Part shown: positions 27,445 through 37,189 of the stretch, piece after piece | Position numbering within the stretch: position 1 is the first letter of the stretch | How the letters are laid out: every line of letters begins with the position of its first letter | Source of the DNA: Vulcanimicrobiota bacterium | Lineage (GTDB): Bacteria > Vulcanimicrobiota > Vulcanimicrobiia > Vulcanimicrobiales > Vulcanimicrobiaceae | Assembly (NCBI GenBank): GCA_963733295.1 | Contig: CAVTCS010000003.1 | Coordinates: forward strand, 2,336,001-2,400,000 | Direction: 5' to 3' | DNA length: 64,000 nt | Position numbers and translations under genes: made by a program | The notes under the pieces: model-generated | Told to the model about the DNA's origin: nothing | The model's database searches: none | Seen by the model: only the letters and a program-made list of their open reading frames with translations

Positions 27445-27566
27445 AGCGCCATTGTAGCGGGAGGCGCGGCCAAAACCGAGTGCTCGCAGCCGAATCTAAC
27501 CACGGCTTAAGTCCCGCGCCGGGCGGCGGGGCGGGTCGCGGCCGGACGTCGAACGAGCCGCGCAAC

Positions 27567-29174
27567 ATGAAGTTGCTCGAAACGCGCGTCGCGCCGGGCG
27601 ATCCGGAGTTCGCGCGCAACGCCGCGCAGATGAGCGGCCTCGTCGCGGAGCTGCGCGAACGGCTGGAGCGAGTCCGCGACGGCGGCGGCAAAGAGGCCGT
27701 GGCTCGCCATCGCAAGCGCGGCAAGCTGACCGCGCGCGAACGCATCGACCGCCTAGCCGATCCGCTCTCGCCCTTCCTCGAGTTTTCGGCGTTAGCCGCC
27801 GACGGCGTCTACGACGATCCGACGCCCGCCGCCGGGATCGTCACCGGCGTCGTGCGCGTCGAGGGTCGCGATTGCGTCGTCATCGCCAACGACGCCACGG
27901 TCAAGGGTGGCACCTACTACCCGCTCACGGTCAAAAAGCATCTGCGCGCCCAGGAGATTGCCCGCGAGAACCATCTGCCGTGTATCTACCTGGTCGATTC
28001 CGGCGGCGCGTTCTTACCGATGCAAGACGAAGTTTTTCCCGACCGCGACCACTTCGGCCGGATTTTCTTCAACCAGGCGCGCATGTCGAGCGAAGGGATC
28101 CCGCAGATTGCGGCGGTCATGGGCTCGTGCACGGCAGGCGGCGCCTACGTTCCCGCGATGTCCGACGAAACGATCATCGTCGCCGGGTACGGAACGATCT
28201 TCCTCGGTGGACCACCCCTGGTTCAAGCGGCCACCGGCGAGATCGTCAGCGCCGAAGAACTGGGCGGCGCCGACGTGCACACGCGCATTTCCGGCGTGGC
28301 GGATCACTTCGCGGACGACGACGAACACGCGCTGGCACTCGTGCGTTCGATCGTGGCGAACCTCGCGCCGCCGCCGGCACCCTCGCGCGACGACGCGGCG
28401 CCGCAACCGCCGGCCTACGATCCACAGGAACTCTACGGCGTGATACCGGCCGACCCGCGAGTCGGCTACGACGTGCGCGAAGTCATCGCGCGACTCGTCG
28501 ACGGTTCGCTCTTCCACGAATTCAAGCCGCTCTACGGCGCGACGCTCGTCTGCGGCTTCGCCCGGATCGAAGGTCACCAAGTCGGCATCCTGGCCAACAA
28601 CGGCATCCTTTTCAGCGAAAGCGCGCTCAAAGGGACGCATTTCATCGAGCTGTGCACGCAGCGCAACACGCCGCTGATCTTTTTACAGAACATCACCGGC
28701 TTCATGGTCGGCAAAGAATACGAACGCCGCGGGATCGCCAAAGACGGAGCGAAGCTGGTGATGGCCGTCGCTTGTGCCGAAGTGCCGAAGTTCACGGTGG
28801 TGATCGGCGGGAGCTTCGGCGCCGGCAACTACGGAATGTGCGGGCGCGCGTACTCTCCGCGCCAACTCTGGATGTGGCCCAACGCGCGCATCTCGGTAAT
28901 GGGCGGACAGCAAGCCGCCTCGACGCTGCTGACGGTGCGCATGGATGCGGAAAAAGCCAAAGGCCGCAGCCTGACGAGCGAGGAGCAAGAGCGCTTCAAA
29001 GCACCGATCCTCGAGAAATACGAACGCGAAGGAAGCCCCTACTACTCGAGCGCGCGTCTTTGGGACGACGGCGTCATCGATCCGCTCGACACGCGCCGCG
29101 TTCTCGCGCTCGGGCTCGAGTTCGCGTCCTACGCCACGCCGAAACCGACGCGCTTCGGCGTCTTCCGGATGTAG
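27567..29174 (+). CDS. liuB: 3-methylcrotonyl-CoA carboxylase, carboxyltransferase (beta) subunit
   Basis: [49 protein letters not shown] and FGVFRM. Confidence 0.92.
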   Translation: MKLLETRVAPGDPEFARNAAQMSGLVAELRERLERVRDGGGKEAVARHRKRGKLTARERIDRLADPLSPFLEFSALAADGVYDDPTPAAGIVTGVVRVEGRDCVVIANDATVKGGTYYPLTVKKHLRAQEIARENHLPCIYLVDSGGAFLPMQDEVFPDRDHFGRIFFNQARMSSEGIPQIAAVMGSCTAGGAYVPAMSDETIIVAGYGTIFLGGPPLVQAATGEIVSAEELGGADVHTRISGVADHFADDDEHALALVRSIVANLAPPPAPSRDDAAPQPPAYDPQELYGVIPADPRVGYDVREVIARLVDGSLFHEFKPLYGATLVCGFARIEGHQVGILANNGILFSESALKGTHFIELCTQRNTPLIFLQNITGFMVGKEYERRGIAKDGAKLVMAVACAEVPKFTVVIGGSFGAGNYGMCGRAYSPRQLWMWPNARISVMGGQQAASTLLTVRMDAEKAKGRSLTSEEQERFKAPILEKYEREGSPYYSSARLWDDGVIDPLDTRRVLALGLEFASYATPKPTRFGVFRM

Positions 29175-29184
29175 CCGCCGAGCG

Positions 29185-29206
29185 AGCGAAACCTTTTTTC
29201 GCTTTT
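29185..29206 (+). terminator. Possible weak terminator after liuB
   Basis: AGCGAAA-ccttt-TTTCGCT followed by TTT. Confidence 0.35.
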
Positions 29207-29225
29207 GAAGGTTAGGAAAAACGCT

Positions 29226-30164
29226 ATGCTGTCCGCGATTCGTCCGTCGTGGGCGCGTTTTTCTGCGCCCGGAGCCTCCGTCATCGCCGCCTACGCGGCG
29301 ATGGTTTTGATTTGGGGCACGACCTGGCTCGGAATCAGGATCTCGCTGACCGGCCTTCCGCCGTTGACCGGCGCCGGAGTGCGCTTCTTGGTCGCGGGGG
29401 CGATCTTCTACGCCGTCGCGCTCGCGCTCGGGACGAACCTGCGGCGCGTGGCTCCGCCCTTCCATCTCGTCGCCGTGTTGGCGCTGTCGATGTTCGGGTT
29501 GACGTACGCGCTCACGTATCTCGCCGAGACGCAGCTCCCGTCCGGACTCGTGGCCGTCTTGTTCGGGACCTTGCCGTTTTTCGTGTACCTCTTCGCACAC
29601 TTCATGGTGGGCGAGCGGGCCACGCCGCGGATGCTCTTCGGCGCGCTGCTCGCGCTGGGCGGCGTCGCTGCCATCTCATTCACCGGCGACTTCCGGGCGA
29701 GTCTGGTCTACATCGGGGCCGCGCTGCTAGCGTCGGCCACGTCGGCGTTTGCGAACGTCTACCTCAAGCGCCACGCCGACGAGGACCCGTTCGGCACGCT
29801 GCCGCCCGCGATGTTGTTGGGCGGCGCACTGCTGTTCGCTTTCGGTCTCTCGTTCGAGCACGCGAGCCTCGCGCGCGCCTTGACCCCCGCCTCGATCGGA
29901 TCGATCCTCTATCTCGCTGCAGGCGGAAGCGTGATCGCCTACTATCTCAACCACTGGTTACTGCAGCGCGTCGATTCCGGCACCGTCGGGCTCTCCGCGC
30001 TGATGATCCCGGTCGTCGCCGTGACGGTCGGCGTTATCTTCGGCGGCGAGTCGCTGCGAGTGGCCGACTTCGCCGGCGCGGCGTTGGTGTTGCTGGGCAG
30101 TTGGCTCGCGCTGTCCCAAAGTGCCCTTCGTCTACCCACGCCCACGCCCGCGCTGAACGATTAG
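29226..30164 (+). CDS. EamA/DMT family transporter
   Basis: IWGTTW, about 10 hydrophobic segments and PVVAV..G.....E. Confidence 0.88.
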   Translation: MLSAIRPSWARFSAPGASVIAAYAAMVLIWGTTWLGIRISLTGLPPLTGAGVRFLVAGAIFYAVALALGTNLRRVAPPFHLVAVLALSMFGLTYALTYLAETQLPSGLVAVLFGTLPFFVYLFAHFMVGERATPRMLFGALLALGGVAAISFTGDFRASLVYIGAALLASATSAFANVYLKRHADEDPFGTLPPAMLLGGALLFAFGLSFEHASLARALTPASIGSILYLAAGGSVIAYYLNHWLLQRVDSGTVGLSALMIPVVAVTVGVIFGGESLRVADFAGAALVLLGSWLALSQSALRLPTPTPALND

Positions 30165-30213
30165 CCGATACCGAAGGCACGAGTTTCGTGCCGACACGGC
30201 GAAGTAATGGCAG

Positions 30214-30465
30214 ATGGCCGAGGAGAGTCGAGAACTCGATGATGCAGCCCGCGCTCGCGCTGAGCGGCGACGCAAAACCAGCTGGGCCAGAGTCGTCCCA
30301 CTCGGCCAGGCGGACGCGGACGATCCTGATGATCTCACGTTGACGGCAGCCGATCGCGTCGCTCTCGTCGACACGCTGACGCTCATGGCGTTGAGGGAAG
30401 CAAACGGTGGAGTTGCACCCAGACTTCAGCGATCTGTTGCGCGCGTTCTTAGACGCGAAGGTTGA
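30214..30465 (+). CDS. Small hypothetical protein, partner of the nucleotidyltransferase
   Basis: 83 aa; GGAG-type context; ends PRLQRSVARVLRR; overlaps the next gene by 59 nt. Confidence 0.6.
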   Translation: MAEESRELDDAARARAERRRKTSWARVVPLGQADADDPDDLTLTAADRVALVDTLTLMALREANGGVAPRLQRSVARVLRREG

Positions 30466-30868
30466 GTTTCTCGTCGTCGGCGCCCATGCGCTAAGTGTCC
30501 ACGATCGCGCTCGAACGACCAAGGACCTCGACGTCTGGATTCGCCGGAACGCCGAAAACGCGCAAAGGACCTGGAACGCGCTTGCGGTCTTTGGTGCTCC
30601 GCTTGCCGAGCTGACCATCGAAGACCTCACAACGGAGGACGTCGTCTTCCAAATCGGCGTGGCACCCGTACGCATCGACATTCTGACTTCAATCTCCGGT
30701 GTTTCCTTCGATGAAGCCTGGCCAAACAAGATCGAAGTCGCGCGCGATGGGCTAAGGGTTCCCTTCATCGGCGTCGAGGAGTTCTTGCGGAACAAAGATG
30801 CCTCAGGAAGAGACCAGGATCGCGTGGACGCCGCGCGGGTGCGCAGCCGCCTCGGGCGCAATCGCTAG
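30407..30868 (+). CDS. DUF6036-like nucleotidyltransferase (Pol-beta superfamily)
   Basis: FLVVGAHAL..H..AR.TKDLD, RIDILT and NKDASGRDQD..D. Confidence 0.82.
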   Translation: MELHPDFSDLLRAFLDAKVEFLVVGAHALSVHDRARTTKDLDVWIRRNAENAQRTWNALAVFGAPLAELTIEDLTTEDVVFQIGVAPVRIDILTSISGVSFDEAWPNKIEVARDGLRVPFIGVEEFLRNKDASGRDQDRVDAARVRSRLGRNR

Positions 30869-31262
30869 CGGAACGTCTAACGGGGTCTCTGCGAATCACT
30901 CTCGAGGAGCTCTACGTCGACCAATCGCGTTGCTCTTGTCGCCTTGGCAACATCTGAAAATTCAGCGATCACTAAAACCGTTGACTAAGGGTCACGACTG
31001 CACGAACAACGGCCGAAGGTAACGTTTCGCGTATTCTCCTGAGAGCATCATTCGGATCACATTCGAGACTGCAAGCACGGCGTGGAAGGTTGAGAGCAGC
31101 CTCGCCTGTCCTTGCGCGACTCTCGTGGTTCTCGGCAGCTGGCTTGCGACGCTGAGCGTAACTCAAAGCGAGCCGACGGCCCAGCCGGGGTGCTCGCTAC
31201 CTAGCGAAAACGCTCGCTCGTCGCAGTTGAGGTTTGCCGGGCTCGTAAGAGCCTGCGTCGAA

Positions 31263-31859
31263 ATGCATGTCATGCCGCTCGCCGTCAAGCTCCTCGAACC
31301 CGTTAGCGACGATTTGTTGTTGCGGCTCTCCAGCCTCAACGACGATTTGCGCTTCGAGCGGACCGCCTCGGGGGAACTGCTGGTGAGTCCGCCGACCGGT
31401 GGCGCGACCGGCGCGAAGAACGCCGCACTCTCGGCACAGCTTTTTATTTGGAACGAGACCTGCGGCCGCGGCGTCGTCTTCGATTCATCGACAGGCTTTC
31501 GGTTACCGGATTCGTCGGTGTTGTCGCCTGATGCCAGCTTGGTCGTCCGCGCTGCGTGGGACGCACTGACCGAAACGCAACGCCGCGGCTATCCACCGAT
31601 TTGTCCTCAAGTCGTCTTCGAACTCGTCTCAGCGTCCGACGAGCCCTACGATACGCGCCGGAAGATCGCGTCGTATCTCGCCAACGGTTGCGCTCTCGGG
31701 ATACTGGTCGATCCCTACAAACGTGTCGTCGAGACCTACGCGCAGGGCGAAGCCGTCACGATAGCGCGCGATCCGGCGACGCTCGTCATCGAAAGGCGCT
31801 TCTTCCCGGGCGCGACCGCAGATCTCAATCTCGACATCGCGAAGATCTTCGGAACGTAG
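31263..31859 (+). CDS. Uma2 (DUF820) family PD-(D/E)xK endonuclease-like protein
   Basis: RFERTASGEL, FDSSTGF.LPD..VLSPDAS, VFELVS and LGILVDP. Confidence 0.88.
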   Translation: MHVMPLAVKLLEPVSDDLLLRLSSLNDDLRFERTASGELLVSPPTGGATGAKNAALSAQLFIWNETCGRGVVFDSSTGFRLPDSSVLSPDASLVVRAAWDALTETQRRGYPPICPQVVFELVSASDEPYDTRRKIASYLANGCALGILVDPYKRVVETYAQGEAVTIARDPATLVIERRFFPGATADLNLDIAKIFGT

Positions 31860-31871
31860 TCCGATCGAAGG

Positions 31872-32609
31872 CTAGATCCCCGCGTACCACTCGTAGCCCT
31901 GGTCTTCCCAGTAGCCGCCGCTCCCGCCGAGAATGTGACGGAAGCTCGCCGCCAGTTCGATGCGCTCGATCCACTTCGCGCTCTTGTAGCCGAGTTGCGT
32001 CGGAATCCGCAGGCGAACGGGGGCACCGTGGTCGGCATCGATGGGCTTGTCGTTGAGGTCGAGCGCGAGCAACGTCTGGGGATGCGCGGCTTGGTGCAAG
32101 TTTAAGCTCTCGTAGTACGGGTTGCCGGAGTCGTCGCGATCGAAGCAGTGGAACACGACGTAGCGCGCGTCGGGTGTGGGTTTCACGAGCGCTAAGATGG
32201 AGGCGACGGGAACGCCGCCCCATTTGCCGATGGCGCTCCAGCCCTCGACGCAGTCGTGTCGCGTGATTTGGTTGAGGGAACTGAGCGCGCGCAGCTCGCT
32301 CAGCGTGAAGTTTTGCGGCCGTTCGACCTTTCCGGTAACCGCGAGGCTATAGGTTGCGAAGTTTTCGCGGAGCAAGGCTTGATAGCGCGAGTCGGACGGC
32401 GTCGCCAAGCCGTTGACGCGGAATTCCCGGTCGACGTCCCGTTCGGAATACAGCTGGGCTTTGCCGCGCGTGCCGATCACGAAGTGGTTGAGTCCCTCGG
32501 CGGAATCGATGATCCGCATCACCCCGCCGTTTTCGGTCAACCCGTTGGTGACGGAACTGCAGCCTGCCAGCAGCGCGCTGCTGCCGGCGAGAAAAAGGCG
32601 GCGCTTCAC
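31872..32609 (-). CDS. Sulfite oxidase-family molybdopterin oxidoreductase (MsrP-like); Tat lipoprotein
   Basis: KRRLFL plus LAGC; TRHDCVEGWS; HGAPVRL; LGYKSAKW; GGYWED.GY.WYAGI. Confidence 0.88.
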   Translation of the reverse strand: MKRRLFLAGSSALLAGCSSVTNGLTENGGVMRIIDSAEGLNHFVIGTRGKAQLYSERDVDREFRVNGLATPSDSRYQALLRENFATYSLAVTGKVERPQNFTLSELRALSSLNQITRHDCVEGWSAIGKWGGVPVASILALVKPTPDARYVVFHCFDRDDSGNPYYESLNLHQAAHPQTLLALDLNDKPIDADHGAPVRLRIPTQLGYKSAKWIERIELAASFRHILGGSGGYWEDQGYEWYAGI

Positions 32610-33463
32610 GGCCCCAATCCTTCGTGATGACCGAGCCGGTACTTTCCGCTGATCATCGAGCGCATGTTGTTCAAGAATCCCGTGCTCAGTACCAAAATCA
32701 CGTGCGTGAAGAAAAACCCGATGAGAGCCAGCATGAACGCGAAATGCCAGAGTCGCGCGAATTGACGTCCGCCGAAAATCCAGGTCAACGGATGTGCAAA
32801 CGCATCGATTCCAGGTGAAAGCGCCAGGCCCGAGAGCACGATCAGGGGCGAGAAAACGAACAGCACGAGGGTGTACGCCATTTTTTGGAGCGGATTGTAC
32901 TTGCCGTAGTGCGGCGGATCCCGGCGCAGCCGTAGATAGTACAGCTGCATGGGCAGCAACTTCGGAATATCCGACGGGCGCAGCACGATCAGCCGAAGGT
33001 CCTTGCGCAACACGCCGCTTACGAAGTACGCGAACCCTGCCGCGACGAAAATCCAGCTGAAGAACAAATGCCAGCGCCGGCCGCTGCTGAGATCTTGAAA
33101 CCCCGGTAACGTAATCCAACCCGGAAAGGCGCGTGGTGCGAGTCCGCCCATGCCGTCATCGGTGTAACCCAGCAGGTTCCCCGCCGGCACGCGCAAGCCG
33201 AAGAGTTGAACGTAGCCGGAGGCCTGGCCGGCGGCGTCTTGCACCGCGTCGATGGCGAGGACGCGACGCGCCGGGTCGCTTTTGTTCGAGGCGTCGAGGT
33301 ACGGGGCGGCATTGAAGATTTGCAAGCCGCTCATAACTAAAGCGAAGAAGGCGAGCGCCCCAACCCAATGGCTCAGCCGCGTCGTCACGGAGTGGCGAAG
33401 GACGAGCGCATCGCTCGCTCGAGTGGCCGCGCGCACGGGGACGCCCCCTGCCGTGGAATCCAT
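32606..33463 (-). CDS. Cytochrome b/b6-domain membrane subunit (thiosulfate reductase cytochrome b-like)
   Basis: RLSHW, MSGLQIFNA, RRWH, KYNPLQK.AY, ARLWHF and FFTHV (four His). Confidence 0.85.
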   Translation of the reverse strand: MDSTAGGVPVRAATRASDALVLRHSVTTRLSHWVGALAFFALVMSGLQIFNAAPYLDASNKSDPARRVLAIDAVQDAAGQASGYVQLFGLRVPAGNLLGYTDDGMGGLAPRAFPGWITLPGFQDLSSGRRWHLFFSWIFVAAGFAYFVSGVLRKDLRLIVLRPSDIPKLLPMQLYYLRLRRDPPHYGKYNPLQKMAYTLVLFVFSPLIVLSGLALSPGIDAFAHPLTWIFGGRQFARLWHFAFMLALIGFFFTHVILVLSTGFLNNMRSMISGKYRLGHHEGLGP

Positions 33464-33535
33464 ACCCCTTATCCTAACACCCCAGGATACGCGCCGTTGG
33501 TAAGGGAGCCGACAGCTCCCCGCGAAAGCGCTCGA

Positions 33536-34318
33536 ATGCAACCCAAGCACCTGACCGTACGGCGGCACGGGCCGATCGCGCGCGTGACGATGATGCGCCC
33601 GGAGGTGCGCAACGCGTTCAACGCAAGCTTGATCGACGAGCTCCACGAGGCGTTCGAGCTGCTCGGCAGCGAGGGCGACGTGCGGGCGATCGTCCTAGCG
33701 GGTGAGGGCAAGACCTTCTCCGGCGGCGCGGACGTCAACTGGATGCAGGCTTCGCTCGAGCTGACGCTCGAGGAAAACCTCGAGGACGCACGCGCGCTAT
33801 CCCGGATGCTGCGCGCGATCGACACGGCACCGAAACCCGTCATCGGCCGCATCCAGGGCGCCGCACTCGGGGGTGGCGCCGGACTCGCCGCAGTGTGCGA
33901 CATCGCAATTGCGAGCGACGACGCGACGTTCGGTTTTACCGAGTCGAAACTCGGCATCCTCCCGGCTATCATCTCGCCTTTCGTCATCGCAAAGATCGGT
34001 CTCGGTCAGATGCGCGCGCTCGGGCTGACCGGCGAGCGCTTCAGCGCACACCACGCGCGCACGATCGGGCTCGTGCACGAGGTCGTTCCGGAGAGCGAGC
34101 TCGACTCCGCGGTCGAGCGCATCGCGAAGACGGTCCTTTCGGCGAGCCCGAGCGCGATCGCCGAGGCGAAAGAACTGTTCGCTCGCGTCGCACAGACGCC
34201 GTACGACGACACGCTCGAGCTCACCGCGAAGAGCATTGCCGCACAGCGAACCAGCCCAGAAGGACAAGAGGGCCTGCGCGCGTTTCTCGAAAAGCGGCGG
34301 CCCGCTTGGATGGAGTGA
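33536..34318 (+). CDS. liuC: Methylglutaconyl-CoA hydratase (crotonase family)
   Basis: RPEVRNAFN, FSGGAD.NWM, ALGGGAGL and TESKLGILPA.ISP; upstream of MCC alpha and HMG-CoA lyase. Confidence 0.85.
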   Translation: MQPKHLTVRRHGPIARVTMMRPEVRNAFNASLIDELHEAFELLGSEGDVRAIVLAGEGKTFSGGADVNWMQASLELTLEENLEDARALSRMLRAIDTAPKPVIGRIQGAALGGGAGLAAVCDIAIASDDATFGFTESKLGILPAIISPFVIAKIGLGQMRALGLTGERFSAHHARTIGLVHEVVPESELDSAVERIAKTVLSASPSAIAEAKELFARVAQTPYDDTLELTAKSIAAQRTSPEGQEGLRAFLEKRRPAWME

Positions 34319-36257
34319 ACGAAGCTCGTCCCATCCACCGTCTGCTGATCGCCAACCGCGGGGAAATCGCAGTTCGTATTGCGCGAGCAGCACGCGAAGC
34401 GGGCATCGTTCCGCTCGGAATCTATTCGGAAGCCGACGCGCACGCGTTTCATCTGAGCGCGATGGACGACGCGGTCTGCATCGGTCCCGCGCCCGCGAGC
34501 GAATCGTACTTGAACGTCGCGCGCGTAATTGGCGCTCTCGTCGAGCTGCGCGCCGACGCCCTGCATCCGGGTTACGGTTTTCTTTCCGAGCAGGCGCGCT
34601 TCGCGCGAGCGGTGCGCGACGCCGGCGCCGTCTTCGTCGGTCCGCCGCCCGAGGCGATCGAGGCGATGGGAGACAAGAGCGCCGCAAAGCGATTGGTGAA
34701 GGCGCACGGCGTTCCGGTGCTGCCCGGTTACGACGGCGACGACCAGTCACCCGAACGCTTGCGCGCCGAGGCGCAAAAGATCGGTGCGCCGCTGGTCGTT
34801 AAAGCGACCGCCGGCGGCGGCGGACGCGGTTTGCGCGTCGTGAACGACCTGCGCGACTTCGACGAAGCGCTCGCATCCGCGAAGCGCGAAGCCGCCGGCG
34901 CGTTCGGCGACGAGCGCATGCTGCTCGAGCGTTACGTGGTTCGTCCGCGTCACATCGAATTCCAGATCTTAGCCGACGCTCGCGGCACCACGATTCACTT
35001 CGGGGAGCGCGAGTGCTCGATTCAACGACGGCATCAGAAGTTGATCGAGGAGGCGCCGTCGGTCGCGCTCGGGCCGGCTCTGCGCGACGAGATGGGCGCG
35101 GCCGCGGTGCGCGCCGCTCGCGCGGCCGGCTACGTCAACGCAGGCACCGTAGAGTTTTTGCTCGACGAGAGCGGCGCGTACTACTTCCTTGAAATGAACG
35201 CGCGACTGCAGGTCGAGCATCCCGTCACGGAAGCGGTCTACGGGATCGACCTCGTGCGGTTGCAGCTTGCGATCGCCGGCGGCGCGGCGCTGGAGACGAC
35301 TCAAGCGAACGTCGCCGCGCGAGGCTGGGCGATCGAGGCTCGGATCAACGCCGAAGATCCCGCCTCGGCCTATCTGCCGGCCACCGGCACGATCTCGCGC
35401 TGGGAAACGCCCGGCGGTCCGGGCATTCGCGTCGACGCCGGCGTCCGCGCGGGTAGCGACGTTTCGATTTACTACGATTCACTTTTGGCGAAGCTCATCG
35501 CTTGGGGACCCGATCGTCAAAGCGCCGTCGGGCGTTTGACCGGCGCGCTCGAGACCTTTCGCGTCGACGGCGTGCCGACGAATCTGCCGCTCCAGTTGCG
35601 CATCGCGCGCGACGTGACGTTTCGAGCCGGTTACACGACGACCGCGTTCCTGACCGAGCACGAGAATTTCATGTCGCCGGATCCTGCCGGAGAGCCCGAC
35701 GAGGCGTTCTTGCTCGGAATCGGCGCGGTGTTGCGCGATTCGCGCTCTTGGAGACTCGGGAGCGTCGGAATTCCGGTCACCTTGCGCGGCCGGCGACGCC
35801 ACGTCGCGGTCGTCGCCTCACGTATCGGCGAGGCCGGCGAGTGGCGGCTCGAGGGCGATCTTCAGGGCGAAGCCGGCTTCGAGTGGGCGGATGAGCGCGT
35901 CACCGTCCGCAGCGCCGAAGCCCGCTGCAGCGGGCGCGCCGTCACCGTCCCGGACGGCGTCGAAGTTGTGTACGACGGCGAACGATTCGAATTCGCCTTC
36001 GGGCCCCCCCGGCGCTCGGCGGCCGGAGCGGTACTGCCGCGGCGCACGGAAGCGTTACCGCACCCATGCCTGGAAAGATCGTCAACGTCGCCGTCTCGGC
36101 AGGCGACTCGGTCGCCGAACGTGATCTCCTGGTCGTCCTCGAAGCCATGAAGATGGAGCACCGCATCGAAGCGAGCCGTCCGGGGGTCGTGAAGAAGGTG
36201 GCCGTGACACCGGGCGCGCTCGTCACCGGCGGCGCGACGCTCGTGGAGTTCGAATGA
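34315..36257 (+). pseudogene. liuD: 3-methylcrotonyl-CoA carboxylase alpha subunit (biotin carboxylase plus biotin carrier), frameshifted at a C7 run
   Basis: ANRGEIA, HPGYGFLSE, RECSIQRRHQK and EMNARLQVEHPVTE in one frame; APMPGK and EAMKM in the -1 frame after 36010. May be a sequencing artefact. Confidence 0.85.
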
Positions 36258-37189
36258 AAATGAACGCGCTCTCCCTCTCGACCCTCCCACCTCGCGTCAA
36301 GGTCTGCGAGATGGGCCCGCGTGACGGCTTGCAAAACGAGGCCGGGGTCGTCGCGACGAGCGACAAGATCCGCTACATCGACTTGCTTTCGGCCAGTGGT
36401 TTGGCGCTCATCGAAGCGACCTCGTTCGTCCGGCCGGATGCGATTCCGCAGCTGAACGATGCCGAGGCGGTGATGGCCGGAATCGCGCAGCGTCCGGGCG
36501 TGACCTATCCGTGCCTGGTTCCCAACATGCGCGGATTCGAACGAGCCCGAGCGGCCGGCGTGCGCGCGATCGGCGTCTTCACCGCGGCCTCGGAGACCTT
36601 CACCAAACACAACATCAACATGACGATCGACGAATCGCTGGCCACCTTCCGGGATGTCGTGACCGCGGCTCGCCACGACGATATCTGGGTGCGCGCCTAC
36701 ATTTCGACGGCCTTCGGGTGTCCGTACGAAGGCCGCGTTGCGCCGGAGAACGTGGTGCACGTCGCCGACGCGCTCGCTGAAATGGGGGTCGACGAGCTTT
36801 CGATCGGCGACACGATCGGAGTCGCTACGCCGAATCAAGTGGTCGAGGTGTGCGCGGCACTCGAGGCGCACGTGCCCGTCGAGCGTCTTGCCATGCACTT
36901 CCACGATACGCGCGGAACGGCGCTCGCCAACGTTCTTGCCGCACTTCAGATGAACGTCGCGATCTTCGACTCGTCGAGTGCCGGGCTCGGCGGTTGCCCC
37001 TACGCTCCCGGCGCCTCCGGGAATCTCGCGACCGAAGACCTCCTCTACCTGCTGCACGGAATGGGAATCGAAACGGGCGTCGAGCTCGAACGCGTGCGCG
37101 ACGCGTCGCGTTTCATCAGCAGCATTTTGGGCCGGCCGATTCCTTCGCGAACGTACCAAGCGCTCGAAGCACAGCTCGCGCGCGCGTGA
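36254..37189 (+). CDS. liuE: Hydroxymethylglutaryl-CoA lyase
   Basis: GPRDGLQNE, FGCPYEG, GDTIG, HFHDTRG and GLGGCPYAPGASGNLATED. Confidence 0.95.
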   Translation: MKMNALSLSTLPPRVKVCEMGPRDGLQNEAGVVATSDKIRYIDLLSASGLALIEATSFVRPDAIPQLNDAEAVMAGIAQRPGVTYPCLVPNMRGFERARAAGVRAIGVFTAASETFTKHNINMTIDESLATFRDVVTAARHDDIWVRAYISTAFGCPYEGRVAPENVVHVADALAEMGVDELSIGDTIGVATPNQVVEVCAALEAHVPVERLAMHFHDTRGTALANVLAALQMNVAIFDSSSAGLGGCPYAPGASGNLATEDLLYLLHGMGIETGVELERVRDASRFISSILGRPIPSRTYQALEAQLARA

